Positions 26,546 through 35,039 of a stretch of DNA of 64,000 nt are shown piece after piece. The notes beneath the pieces are model-generated. The model ran no database searches. It was not told where the DNA came from and saw only the letters and a program-made list of their open reading frames with translations. The translations under genes were made by a program, and so were the position numbers. Positions within the stretch are counted from its first letter, which is position 1. Every line of letters begins with the position of its first letter. The stretch covers positions 183,502 through 247,501 of the forward strand of contig CAWAVQ010000007.1 of NCBI GenBank assembly GCA_963785535.1, given 5' to 3'. Source of the DNA: an uncultured Chloroflexia bacterium. Its GTDB lineage: Bacteria > Chloroflexota > Anaerolineae > Anaerolineales > Villigracilaceae.

Positions 26546-27307
26546 ATGTTTCTTTTCCAAAGAAAACCAAAATGCCCAAATTGTGAAATGGAGTTAGAGA
26601 AAAATCCGACCCCGAAGCAAGAATGCCCACATTGTGGGAGAGTTATCCTTGTGCGAAGTGGGAAATTGGTTACAGAAGAACAAGCGAAAATCATGGATTG
26701 GTTAACACGGCTTGAATTCTTTGGCATCACTCGAAAAGAATTTGATAAACAAAGAGAAGAGCTAAGCAAACAATTCGGATCTCGCGCCAGCGTCAATGAC
26801 ACTATATGGCGAATATTAAATAATCTCATTGTGAAATTTGCAAGAAACGGTTCCCTTTTAGAGCAGATATATCGCGAAATGGCCAGTCTGATTTCGAGCG
26901 AAGGAAAAGACCCAACTGAATTTCTTATCAAAGCTGAGAAAATTAGGCGACAACAACAAGGAATTTTAACTACTCCAAAGAAGCAAGTATTCTTAGGTCA
27001 TGGCGAGCTAAGATATGTGAGACAACTTCATGACGAAGGGCAACTTGATAAGGCAGAAAGTTTACTTCTGAAAGCGGAACCATCGCCAGCCGTTTTAGAT
27101 GAATTGAGAAAAGTCGTCAGCACAAGAGCTAGAATAGCTAAAAAAGAAGGTGATTGGAAAGCCGTAATTCGCCATCTTGAAGGCTATACAACTTATGCAA
27201 ATAAATGGCGAAGCTATTGTATAAAGATGGCTAACCAAGAACCACCTAACCATACGGAGAGTGATATTCAGTTGTTAGAAAAAGCGAAAGAGAAATTGAC
27301 AACATAA
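26546..27307 (+). CDS. Hypothetical protein with N-terminal zinc ribbon (cassette 1)
   Basis: ATG 26546 (MFLFQRKPKCPNCEMELEKNPTPKQECPHCG...). The track ORF starts at 26399 inside repeat A, which is unlikely to be coding. Confidence 0.6.
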   Translation: MFLFQRKPKCPNCEMELEKNPTPKQECPHCGRVILVRSGKLVTEEQAKIMDWLTRLEFFGITRKEFDKQREELSKQFGSRASVNDTIWRILNNLIVKFARNGSLLEQIYREMASLISSEGKDPTEFLIKAEKIRRQQQGILTTPKKQVFLGHGELRYVRQLHDEGQLDKAESLLLKAEPSPAVLDELRKVVSTRARIAKKEGDWKAVIRHLEGYTTYANKWRSYCIKMANQEPPNHTESDIQLLEKAKEKLTT

Positions 27308-27326
27308 TGGTAAGAATTGTAAAACT

Positions 27327-27406
27327 ACTCAACCGGCGTGTATCCCGCTCTCGCATAATGCGCGGGGAAGGCTGGTGTGCCCCGCAGGGGTGTAACGCAA
27401 GCCGTT
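27327..27406 (+). repeat. attC-like site, IS-interrupted (its 3' core continues at 29129-29135)
   Basis: ACTCAAC-c-GGCG...GCC-GTT, then the IS, then GTTGGGC. Joined length 84 bp. The outer boxes are complementary in 6 of 7 positions. Confidence 0.6.
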
Positions 27407-29128
27407 GAGACTGTCGAAAAAGGGCGAAAATAGCAACAAAAATCCAGAGGGCACTGTATACTTATCTATACAGCGGAGGTACCTATGGCAAAGTTCAAAC
27501 CATACGATCCCGATCAAGTGATCCTGCTCCCCGTCTCTCTCCAGAACCAGATCGTTCCTGGCTCACTGGAACATACCATCAACGAATTGGTGGAAAATCA
27601 TATTGATCTCTCGCTGTTCGATCGTCGATACAAAAATGATGCCACCGGTGCCCATGCCATCAATCCCAAGATCCTGCTCAAGATCATTTTGTTCGCCTAT
27701 TCCAGAGGCTTGATCAGCTTCAGACAGATGGAACGCGCCTGCCGGGAAAACGCCACCTTCATGGCGCTTTGCTCTGGCTACTTCCCCGATCACAGCACCA
27801 TCGCCAGTTTTGTTTCTTCCATGCAAGACGAAATCGAGAGCGTTTTCTGCAACATTCTCCTTGTCTGTGATGAACTCGGCTTGCTAGGCGGTACCCATTT
27901 CAGCCTGGATGGCGTCAAACTATCCGCCAATGTTTCCAAAGAGTGGAGCGGCACCTTCGATGAACTCAAACACAAGCGTGATAAGTTGCAGCAAAAACTC
28001 GAGCGGGTGCTGGCAGAACATATTCAGACGGATCAGCAACCTGAGTTGGAATTCGAACATCAGAAGAAACGGGAAAGACGGCTCCAACTTCAAGTCGAAC
28101 GTCTGAACCAGTTCATCGAAAACGAGAAACCCAAGATCGGCAGCGAGGGCAAAGAGATCCAAAGCAATGTCGTTGACAACCAGTCCGTGAAAATGCCCAC
28201 CTCCCACGGCGTGCTCCAGGGCTACAACGCCCAGGCTCTGGTCGATTCCAAACACCAGGTCATCCTTGCCGCCGAGGCTTTCGCCTCCCAGGATCACGAG
28301 AACCTGGAGCCCATGATCAAAGGCGGAAAAAAAACGCCATCGCCATCGGAAAAAGTGAGGCCTTCTTCCAGGAAAAACAACTCACCGCCGATAGCAACTA
28401 TCATTCATTCGAGTCTCTCTCCTTCTGCAAAAACGAAAACATCGATGCTTATATCCCCGATATCCAGTTCCGCAAACGGGACCAACGCTTTGCTGATAGC
28501 ATGCCCTTTGGGTACCAGCAGCGCTTCAAAGACGGCATCCACTCATCCAAATCAAAGGCGGAGCCCTTCACTGCCGCTGATTTCTCCTTTGATCCTGTCA
28601 ACCAGGTTTACATTTGTCCCCAGGGCAAGCAGCTCACCTGCCATGCCCGCAACCAAACGAACCGCTATCGTACCTATGATATCTACCACGCTCGTCAGGA
28701 AGATTGCGCTGCCTGCCCCCTGAGAACACGCTGCCTGAGCAAAGTGGATTCTTCACGCAGGTATCTTTCCGTCCAGGTGGATAGCCAGCCACCCAACGTG
28801 ATCGACGAGATGAAGGCCAAGGTTGACTCTCATCAGGGCAAGAAGATCTATGCCCGGCGGTTGGGTGTCGTTGAACCAGTCTTTGCCAATATCTGCGTGC
28901 AAAAGCGCATGGATCGATTCACCCTGCGCTCTAAATTGAAAGTGGATATACAATGGAGGCTGTTCGCTCTGGTCCACAATATCGGCAAGATCCACTCTTT
29001 TGGAGCGATCCAGTAGCCCCAACAGGATCATAGCCCCCTACCCAGTCGCCTTCCAGACAGGAAACTGTGTTCCCGATCTTCGCCGGACCGGGAATTGCTC
29101 TTGGGAAAAACAGTTTTTCGACAGTCTC
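27407..29128 (+). mobile_element. IS1182-family insertion sequence (1722 bp)
   Basis: Perfect 15-bp terminal inverted repeats GAGACTGTCGAAAAA (27407-27421 and the complement of 29114-29128). Flanked by GTT/GTT (or CGTTG with 14-bp IRs). Confidence 0.8.
27485..29016 (+). CDS. IS1182-family transposase, split into two frames at an A8 run
   Basis: N-terminus MAKFKPYDPDQVILLPVSL...INPKILLKIILFAYSRGLISFRQMERAC is typical of IS1182. The frame changes at aaaaaaaa (28327-28334). The C-terminal part (CPQG...CAACPLRTRC, ...VEPVFANI) continues in the -1 frame to 29016. Confidence 0.75.
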
Positions 29129-29180
29129 GTTGGGCGGCAACTTACTCCCGAAAATGTTTTGTAAATAAGGTAAGATTTTG

Positions 29181-29954
29181 ATGGAAGATAATAGCCCATT
29201 TTCTACATTTGACTGGTATTTCACTGATATATCTCAGGAGGATGCTGCGCGCTATCATGCCTTAAAAGCAAGACCGCTGGAAACAGAAATCCTTCAAGAT
29301 TTGATAAAAGCAGACTCAATCGTCAGTTTTGCCCTTTGGAGTGAACTACCGAAAAATCACCCCGTTAGTGAATTATGGGCTGAAACACAGCCAGATCTCC
29401 AGGCATCCATTTATCTTGCTTATGGTGGCTTTTTTCGGCAAGCACTTACAATTTTACGCTCTTGGTTTGAAATTAACGTGCATGGGGTTTTCTTTTCAGC
29501 GTATTATGGTCAACCAACTGCACGCTATGAACAATGGCGAAAAGGGCAAAGAAATTCCCCGGCAAAGATGAAAGAATTATCTAAATCCTTAGCATCAAGA
29601 CAGGATAAATTAATGCCGGTAGACCAAGATACTATATTTCAGAAAATAAATCCAATCTATACATTTCTTTCACGCCAAACTCATGCGCAAGGGCTAGATA
29701 TTTATAATCTTCAAGAAGGTCGTGATAATGTACCGCGTTATTTACCCAAGAGTTATGATGTTTGGTATTCAAGCATGCTTTCTTCTTTTGATGCGATATG
29801 TTTCTTGTATAGGATTTTCTTTTCACAGCACCTAGCAAATTACTTGCAAGGTGACCCTGCTGAACAACAATATGCACGTGAACTCTCCAATAATCTTTCA
29901 AAAAGTCTTCCGGAATTTGGGAACCTGTTATCAGATGCTTTTCGCATTTTCTGA
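29181..29954 (+). CDS. Hypothetical protein (cassette 2)
   Basis: 257-aa ORF beginning 46 nt after the GTTGGGC core. I recognise no motifs. Confidence 0.6.
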   Translation: MEDNSPFSTFDWYFTDISQEDAARYHALKARPLETEILQDLIKADSIVSFALWSELPKNHPVSELWAETQPDLQASIYLAYGGFFRQALTILRSWFEINVHGVFFSAYYGQPTARYEQWRKGQRNSPAKMKELSKSLASRQDKLMPVDQDTIFQKINPIYTFLSRQTHAQGLDIYNLQEGRDNVPRYLPKSYDVWYSSMLSSFDAICFLYRIFFSQHLANYLQGDPAEQQYARELSNNLSKSLPEFGNLLSDAFRIF

Positions 29955-29969
29955 AAGCAAAGAACAACC

Positions 29970-30202
29970 ACCCAACACAGCGCGCAAGCAAACCCCGCAT
30001 AATGCGCGAGATAGGCTGGTGGATTCGCACCGCTAAAATGGTTTTTTCGTGGTCCTGGGTTTTGTCCGTTTCATGGGCGAATCCACGGCCCTCCAGCCGC
30101 CGGCCTTCCCCGTATACGGGGTATCTCGGCAAAGTGCGCCGGGACGATGTCCTTTCCCCCTTTTGGGGGCCTTCGGCAGGATGTTATCGCGGGCCGTTAG
30201 CC
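29970..30202 (+). repeat. Long composite attC-like site
   Basis: ACCCAAC (29970) ... GTTAGCC (30196). The 5' half is homologous to 39503-39631 and the 3' half to 31110-31182. Contains a ggctggtggattcgc/gcgaatccac..ccagcc stem and GC mini-hairpins. Confidence 0.5.
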
Positions 30203-30250
30203 AGTTGTCTGAATAAAATTGAATTATATAAAAATCTTTTCTCAAAAAAT

Positions 30251-31075
30251 ATGTCGGAAAAAAATTCGGAAGATGAAAAAATTGTCAAAGTCCATGCATA
30301 TATAGCAGGGTTTCTACCAGATTTAATCATTGGATTTCAAAAAGACGGAATTTGGTATTTACCCGGTGGAATTGTTAATGGTATTCCTCGCAGTTTCCCG
30401 GATTCATCACAAGTCCATTTTTATACCCTTGCAAATTACCTTAAACAACAAACTGGGCTTATTCTTACAGGGTTAACTGATGCTCAACGATTAACTTTTA
30501 ATCACTTCCCTGGTGGTACTGAAGCAACAATTCTCTATTTTGGGGGTGTTTCTGGAGAAATGATTAATGGAGTAAAACTCGATATAAATAATTTGCCTGA
30601 TTTTGCTATTGAATGTGGTAACCCTAAGGGTACGATTGAAAAATTAATGCAACCCATTCTCAAAACTAAGTCGGCAAGTTCTCAGACAACAGAGTCTATT
30701 GAAGGTGTATTTGTGTCTGAGAAACCAACAGGCACTTCTCCAAATGGCAACAACTGTTATTATTTCTTACGCTTTTATTCGGATGGATTAGTTATACAAA
30801 CAGGAGTTTGCACACCGAACTTACAAGAAGGATGGCGTGATATTCGCATGTGGTTTCACCGTGATAGTCTGAAAGATATGGGGCGTGGTCAATATCATAT
30901 AGAAAATAACAAAATTAATTTCACAACAATTGTACATTTCAAACAGGTACATCATGAAGTGGTAATGGATTTTGCAGGTCGGTTCTCCAAAGATCGGTTG
31001 GAATTGAATTTACTAAGTCGCACAACAGGACAACAAGGTAGAATGTCCTTTATAAAGTTTGGAGATTCTGCATAA
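30251..31075 (+). CDS. Hypothetical protein (cassette 3)
   Basis: ATG 30251 (MSEKNSEDEK...). The 83 codons the track adds upstream run through the GC-rich repeat and are probably not coding. Confidence 0.6.
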   Translation: MSEKNSEDEKIVKVHAYIAGFLPDLIIGFQKDGIWYLPGGIVNGIPRSFPDSSQVHFYTLANYLKQQTGLILTGLTDAQRLTFNHFPGGTEATILYFGGVSGEMINGVKLDINNLPDFAIECGNPKGTIEKLMQPILKTKSASSQTTESIEGVFVSEKPTGTSPNGNNCYYFLRFYSDGLVIQTGVCTPNLQEGWRDIRMWFHRDSLKDMGRGQYHIENNKINFTTIVHFKQVHHEVVMDFAGRFSKDRLELNLLSRTTGQQGRMSFIKFGDSA

Positions 31076-31182
31076 CAAAAGTGGGCTACCGCTTGTACGC
31101 GGACCTCGCAAAGAGCGCCGGGACGAGGGCCCATACCCCCTTTCGGGGGCCTTCGGCGGGATGCTATCGCGGGTCTTTAGGC
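31070..31182 (+). repeat. attC-like site (degenerate 3' core)
   Basis: GCATAAC overlaps the TAA stop. The site ends cgcgggtcTTTAGGC. Contains the gggacg...ccccctttcggggg...cttcggcgggatg mini-hairpin unit. Confidence 0.45.
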
Positions 31183-31301
31183 GCACAGAAGCAGAATTCA
31201 TGTTAGTGTTTTGTTCCTCGGTAGCGGCGATGTATGGCAAGAACGGATCTCGCAACCCCGCACACACCGTGCCATCATATGCAAATAAAGAAAGAGGTAA
31301 C

Positions 31302-31835
31302 ATGAAATTTAATACTTTTTATCAGGAACTTCAAAATAGCACAGAGATGATCCGTGCTTTATTGGCAGGAGTCACACCACAGGCAGCACGTCTCAAACCA
31401 AGTGCCGAGTCGTGGTCGATTCTCGAAGTGGTGTGTCACTTATACGATGAAGAGCGCGAAGATTTTCGAGAACATCTCGATTTCATCCTTTCGACTTCGC
31501 TCAAGGCAGGCCTTCACCGCCAACATGAAGAATGGCATGCGATTGACCCCGAAGGTTGGGTAACTGAACGAAAATATAACGAGCAGAACTTCGCTGAGAT
31601 GCAGGAAAAATTCTTTGTCGAACGTGAAAAATCATTCGCCTGGCTCAATGGATTACAGAATCCAGATTGGGAGAAAACTTATACAACCGAGTACCGCACC
31701 ATCAGCGCGGGAGAGATGTTCGCCTGTTGGGTCGCGCATGACAATCTCCACATCCGCCAATTGGTGGAACTCAGGCGCATGAGGCTAGAAAATATCACAA
31801 AGCCTTATAATCTCGAATACGCAGGTGATTGGTAA
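31302..31835 (+). CDS. DinB-superfamily protein (cassette 4)
   Basis: ATG 31302 after aaagagg. WSILEVVCHLYDEE...AHDNLHIRQ His pattern of DinB_2-type four-helix bundles. Confidence 0.65.
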   Translation: MKFNTFYQELQNSTEMIRALLAGVTPQAARLKPSAESWSILEVVCHLYDEEREDFREHLDFILSTSLKAGLHRQHEEWHAIDPEGWVTERKYNEQNFAEMQEKFFVEREKSFAWLNGLQNPDWEKTYTTEYRTISAGEMFACWVAHDNLHIRQLVELRRMRLENITKPYNLEYAGDW

Positions 31836-32122
31836 CGGAATAGACACAAATCATATTTTCAAGCCTTTTCCTAGACTATAGCAGATTACCGTTTCCAAGC
31901 TTTTTTCTCCCTCGCTGCCACGAACGCGTGCCGTTATGCAACAGGATGCAAACATGCCACAAGCTACACACAAGTCGAAGAGCTTTGCGGTGTCCGTGAT
32001 GGACAAAACGAGACGCCGCGAGCTTGCTAAGCATGCCCTTTCAGGCTACGTGAGCGGCCCTGATGCGACAACTCAGGCGCTGGCTCAGGCCCTGACGAGG
32101 GTCGGGGGACTCGCGTGCAATC

Positions 32123-32614
32123 GTGCTGGTCGAAGGGATCAGCGATCAGATCGCGCTCGAGACGCTCGCCGTGCGCCGCGGTCGGGATCTCGATTCCGAG
32201 GGAGTCCTCATTCTGCCGATTGGTGGCGCCCAGGCAATCGCACACTATCTATTGCAACTTGGTCCCAGGGGAGCGGACGTGAAACTTGCTGGTCTCTGCG
32301 ATGCCGCCGAGCAGGGCATCTTTCGGCGGGGTCTTGAAAAGGCTGGCTTAGGCTCGCCCCAAACACGCGCCGACATGGAGCGCCTTGGTTTTTTTGTCTG
32401 TGTTGATGATTTAGAAAGTGAGCTGATTCGTGCCGTTGGCCCTGCACAAGTTGAGGCAATCTTCGACTCTCAAGGCGACCTCGAATCGTTCCGTACCCTT
32501 CAGAGGCAGCCTGCCTGGCATACGCGGAAGGTAGAGGCTCAGATGCGACGCTTCCTGGGCAGTGGTGCCCGCCGAAAGCTGCGCTACGCGCGTTTACTTG
32601 TCGAACTCGGTTGA
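32123..32614 (+). CDS. Stand-alone TOPRIM (OLD-nuclease-type) domain protein, apparently 5'-frameshifted
   Basis: (A)IVLVEGISDQIALETLA...VLILPIGGAQ...FVCVDDLESELI is a TOPRIM signature. The in-frame region upstream has no start. A plausible N-terminus (MDKTRRRELAK... from 31999) lies in another frame, with the switch near the G5 run at 32104-32108. Confidence 0.55.
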   Translation: MLVEGISDQIALETLAVRRGRDLDSEGVLILPIGGAQAIAHYLLQLGPRGADVKLAGLCDAAEQGIFRRGLEKAGLGSPQTRADMERLGFFVCVDDLESELIRAVGPAQVEAIFDSQGDLESFRTLQRQPAWHTRKVEAQMRRFLGSGARRKLRYARLLVELG

Positions 32615-32809
32615 TCTTGATCGCGTCCCTCATCCGCTCGATGCCGTATTGACATATGTCTGACCTTCGACAGCGTTAACTCGGTCAAGATTTTAGTAAC
32701 GCCGCTAAGACACTTACTTTTGATTCAAATGGCCCAGACGGCAGCCTAACGAAACGCTGCAAGGGAGGCCAAATCGTTCTGCTGCAAACGCAAAACGGAA
32801 GGAAGAGCA

Positions 32810-33376
32810 ATGAATACCTACGTGATACTTATGCGCGGCATCAATGTCGGTGGAAAAAATAAAATACCGATGTCGGATTTGAAAAAATGCCTGGAAGGCC
32901 TGGGGTTTTCAAATGTTTCGACATATATTGCCAGCGGTAACGTAATCTTAAAATCCGACAAAAGCGCCGAAGAGGTAAAAGCTCAGATTGAAGGGGCTTT
33001 GCCTGAGAGCTTCGAACTTGATAGTGGACTTATCAAAGTTTTAGTATTAACTCGGGATCAATTCCAAGCCATCATTGAGGACAAGCCCAAAGGCTTCGGG
33101 GAGCAGCCCGAGAAATACCACAGCGATGCCATCTTTCTGATGGGTATTGATGCGGCCCAGGTTATGCCTGTATTCGATCCTCGGGAAGGGGTCGACAAAG
33201 TCTGGCCGGGTGAGGGTGTGATCTACTCACAACGTCTCAGCTCACAACGCACTAAAAGCCGTCTTAGTAAAATCATGGGAACACCGGCCTACAAATCCAT
33301 GACCATCCGCAGTTGGAACACAACCACAAAGTTGCTAAAGATGCTGGAGGAGATGGACGCCCATCAAGGAATATAA
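32810..33376 (+). CDS. DUF1697-family protein
   Basis: MNTYVILMRGINVGGKNKIPMSDLKKCLEGLGFSNVSTYIASGNVIL is the hallmark N-terminus of DUF1697. Confidence 0.8.
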   Translation: MNTYVILMRGINVGGKNKIPMSDLKKCLEGLGFSNVSTYIASGNVILKSDKSAEEVKAQIEGALPESFELDSGLIKVLVLTRDQFQAIIEDKPKGFGEQPEKYHSDAIFLMGIDAAQVMPVFDPREGVDKVWPGEGVIYSQRLSSQRTKSRLSKIMGTPAYKSMTIRSWNTTTKLLKMLEEMDAHQGI

Positions 33377-33406
33377 TTTATGGTATTGAAAAAAACGGCG
33401 ATGGAT

Positions 33407-33539
33407 AAAAAGGCGGACGATGATGTCCGCCTTTTTTGGACCCGAAGGGGGCCAGGTTAAGGAAAAGCTCGTATAATGTGGTTATTATTCAAGATATAAG
33501 GTTGTTAATTGGCGCGCCGATTAACACGTAGTTCGGCGG
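33407..33539 (+). repeat. Repeat A, copy 2
   Basis: Hairpin aaaaaggcggacgatgatgtccgcctttttt, cgtataat, palindrome ttaattggcgcgccgattaa (33505-33524, 1 mismatch), core GTTCGGC (33531-33537). Confidence 0.85.
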
Positions 33540-33555
33540 ATCGAGAGAAGAAAGT

Positions 33556-33987
33556 ATGAAGGTTCGTAGAAGAATCGCACAGCTGTCACTACGTCGGGAG
33601 GGCGGCAAGGCTTCCCTGTGCCGCGCTAGTTTCCTGGTATGGATGGCCTTACTGTTAACCGTTGGCTGCGGCTCTTCAGGGAGCAAGATCATCAGCGTGG
33701 AAAATGGGGACGCAGGCCAGAGCGTGGTTGCATCGGTTGGTGAAAAGATCGAAGTAACCCTCCAGACAGTCGGGCCTGGCCAGTACGGGGACCCGATCTT
33801 GTCGTCAGAGTCAGTGAAGTTTCTGGAGGAGTCGTCATCCGGCACACCCAATCCAGGTGGGTCAAGGCAACTCTATCGGTTCGAGGCTGTCTCTTCTGGC
33901 CAGGTCAACATCACGATTCCGCACACAGGCGGTTTGCCAGATGGGCCGGTGATTCCTGCGTTCACGATTACCGTAATGGTGAAGTGA
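33556..33987 (+). CDS. Small secreted lipoprotein, beta-sandwich, possibly chagasin/I42-like peptidase inhibitor
   Basis: Lipobox LLTVGC. The pattern G.KIEVTL...PGG...YRFEAVSSGQVNITI...FTITVMV resembles I42 inhibitors, but the NPTTG loop is not conserved. Confidence 0.4.
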   Translation: MKVRRRIAQLSLRREGGKASLCRASFLVWMALLLTVGCGSSGSKIISVENGDAGQSVVASVGEKIEVTLQTVGPGQYGDPILSSESVKFLEESSSGTPNPGGSRQLYRFEAVSSGQVNITIPHTGGLPDGPVIPAFTITVMVK

Positions 33988-34018
33988 ACGGTGCAACGTA
34001 GTCAGATGGAGCCAGAGC

Positions 34019-34268
34019 CGCCGAACACAGCGTGCACAGATGAAAGGGGATGCCAAGTGCCAGTGCGCTTTGGCTGGGCGATGTTCGCCGGAAGCTCACT
34101 CGCCCGATCTGCCATCAAGCATTTTTCCCTGGCCTGTCGGCCAGGACAGGCTGGCTTCGAGTTTTTTTCTGCTCCCAAGCAGAATCCACGCCCGCCCCAG
34201 CGCCACGAGTCCCCTTTAGAGGATGCTTCGCAATCCCCTGAAGGGGATAGGCCGCAAACCGTTGGCGT
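34019..34268 (+). repeat. Long attC-like site
   Basis: CGCCgAAC (34019-34026) is complementary to GTTGGCG (34262-34268) with one bulged G. Internal ggctgg...gaatccacgcccgccccagcgcc is homologous to the 29970 site. Confidence 0.5.
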
Positions 34269-34313
34269 TTAGAAACGTTATAAACCGTATCAAAACATAA
34301 AAAGGAATGAATT

Positions 34314-34781
34314 ATGAAAACAGAACAAACGCCTATTACTGGTAATGAAAACAAGCAAGATTTAGCACAACCAATCAAAGCCTTATCTGTTTTTTATGAT
34401 GCCTTCAATAATCGAGATTTGGCAAAGATGGCGGATAATTGGGCGCAAATTGATGAAATTGCAATGGATAATCCTGTCGGCGGAATTAAGCGGGGTTGGG
34501 AAGAAATCAAGGAGGTGTACGAGCGCATATTCAACGGGAAGGCGAAGGTTTATGTTGAATTCTACGATTACACAATACACCAACAAGGAGAAATGTTTTT
34601 TGCCGTAGGAAGAGAACGGGGTGAGTTTCGCATTGGTGAAACAGTCGTAAATTTGGTTATTCGGACAAGTAGAATATTTCGGCTGATGGATGGGCAGTGG
34701 CGTCAAGTGCACCATCACGGCTCAATTGATGAGCCAGAATTACTTGCCCGTTACCAACGTGCAGTCAGAGAAGGCTCCTAA
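34314..34781 (+). CDS. NTF2/SnoaL-like fold protein
   Basis: 155 aa. FYDAFNNRDLAKMADNW...RIFRLMDGQWRQVHHHGS is typical of the ketosteroid-isomerase/SnoaL-like family. The stop lies inside TCCTAAC. Confidence 0.65.
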   Translation: MKTEQTPITGNENKQDLAQPIKALSVFYDAFNNRDLAKMADNWAQIDEIAMDNPVGGIKRGWEEIKEVYERIFNGKAKVYVEFYDYTIHQQGEMFFAVGRERGEFRIGETVVNLVIRTSRIFRLMDGQWRQVHHHGSIDEPELLARYQRAVREGS

Positions 34782-34783
34782 CG

Positions 34784-34881
34784 AAACACCGGCCTACAAA
34801 TCCATGACCATCCGCAGTTGGAACACGACCACAAAGTTGCTAAAGATGCTGGAGGAGATAGACGCTCGGCAAGGAATATAA
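34784..34881 (+). pseudogene. Duplicated 3' remnant of the DUF1697 gene
   Basis: About 95% identical by eye to 33281-33376 (TPAYKSMTIRSWNTTTKLLKMLEE..DA.QGI*). Lacks the first ~155 codons. Confidence 0.85.
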
Positions 34882-34911
34882 TTTATGGTATTGAAAAAAA
34901 CGGCGAAGGAC

Positions 34912-35039
34912 AAAAAGGCGGACGATGTTGTCCGCTTTTTTGAACTCGAAAGAGCTGGGGTTGAGTAAAAGTTTGTATAATATGGTTATCGTATCAAGAT
35001 ATAAGGTTGTTAATCGGTGCGTTGATTAACACGGTGTTA
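34912..35039 (+). repeat. Repeat A, copy 3 (3' core split by IS insertions)
   Basis: Hairpin aaaaaggcggacgatgttgtccgctttttt, tttgtataat, degenerate palindrome ttaatcggtgcgttgattaa. Ends GTTA followed by the IS. Confidence 0.8.

Noticed and set aside
30002-30250. N-terminal extensions and small ORFs translated through the GC-rich junction repeats (30002-30250, 31059-31301, 33991-34272, 41229-41522, 41261-41509, 26399-26545)
   Set aside because: The same DNA repeats occur in different frames at different junctions, they have no RBS, and good ATG+RBS starts exist downstream. They are treated as non-coding attC-like DNA.
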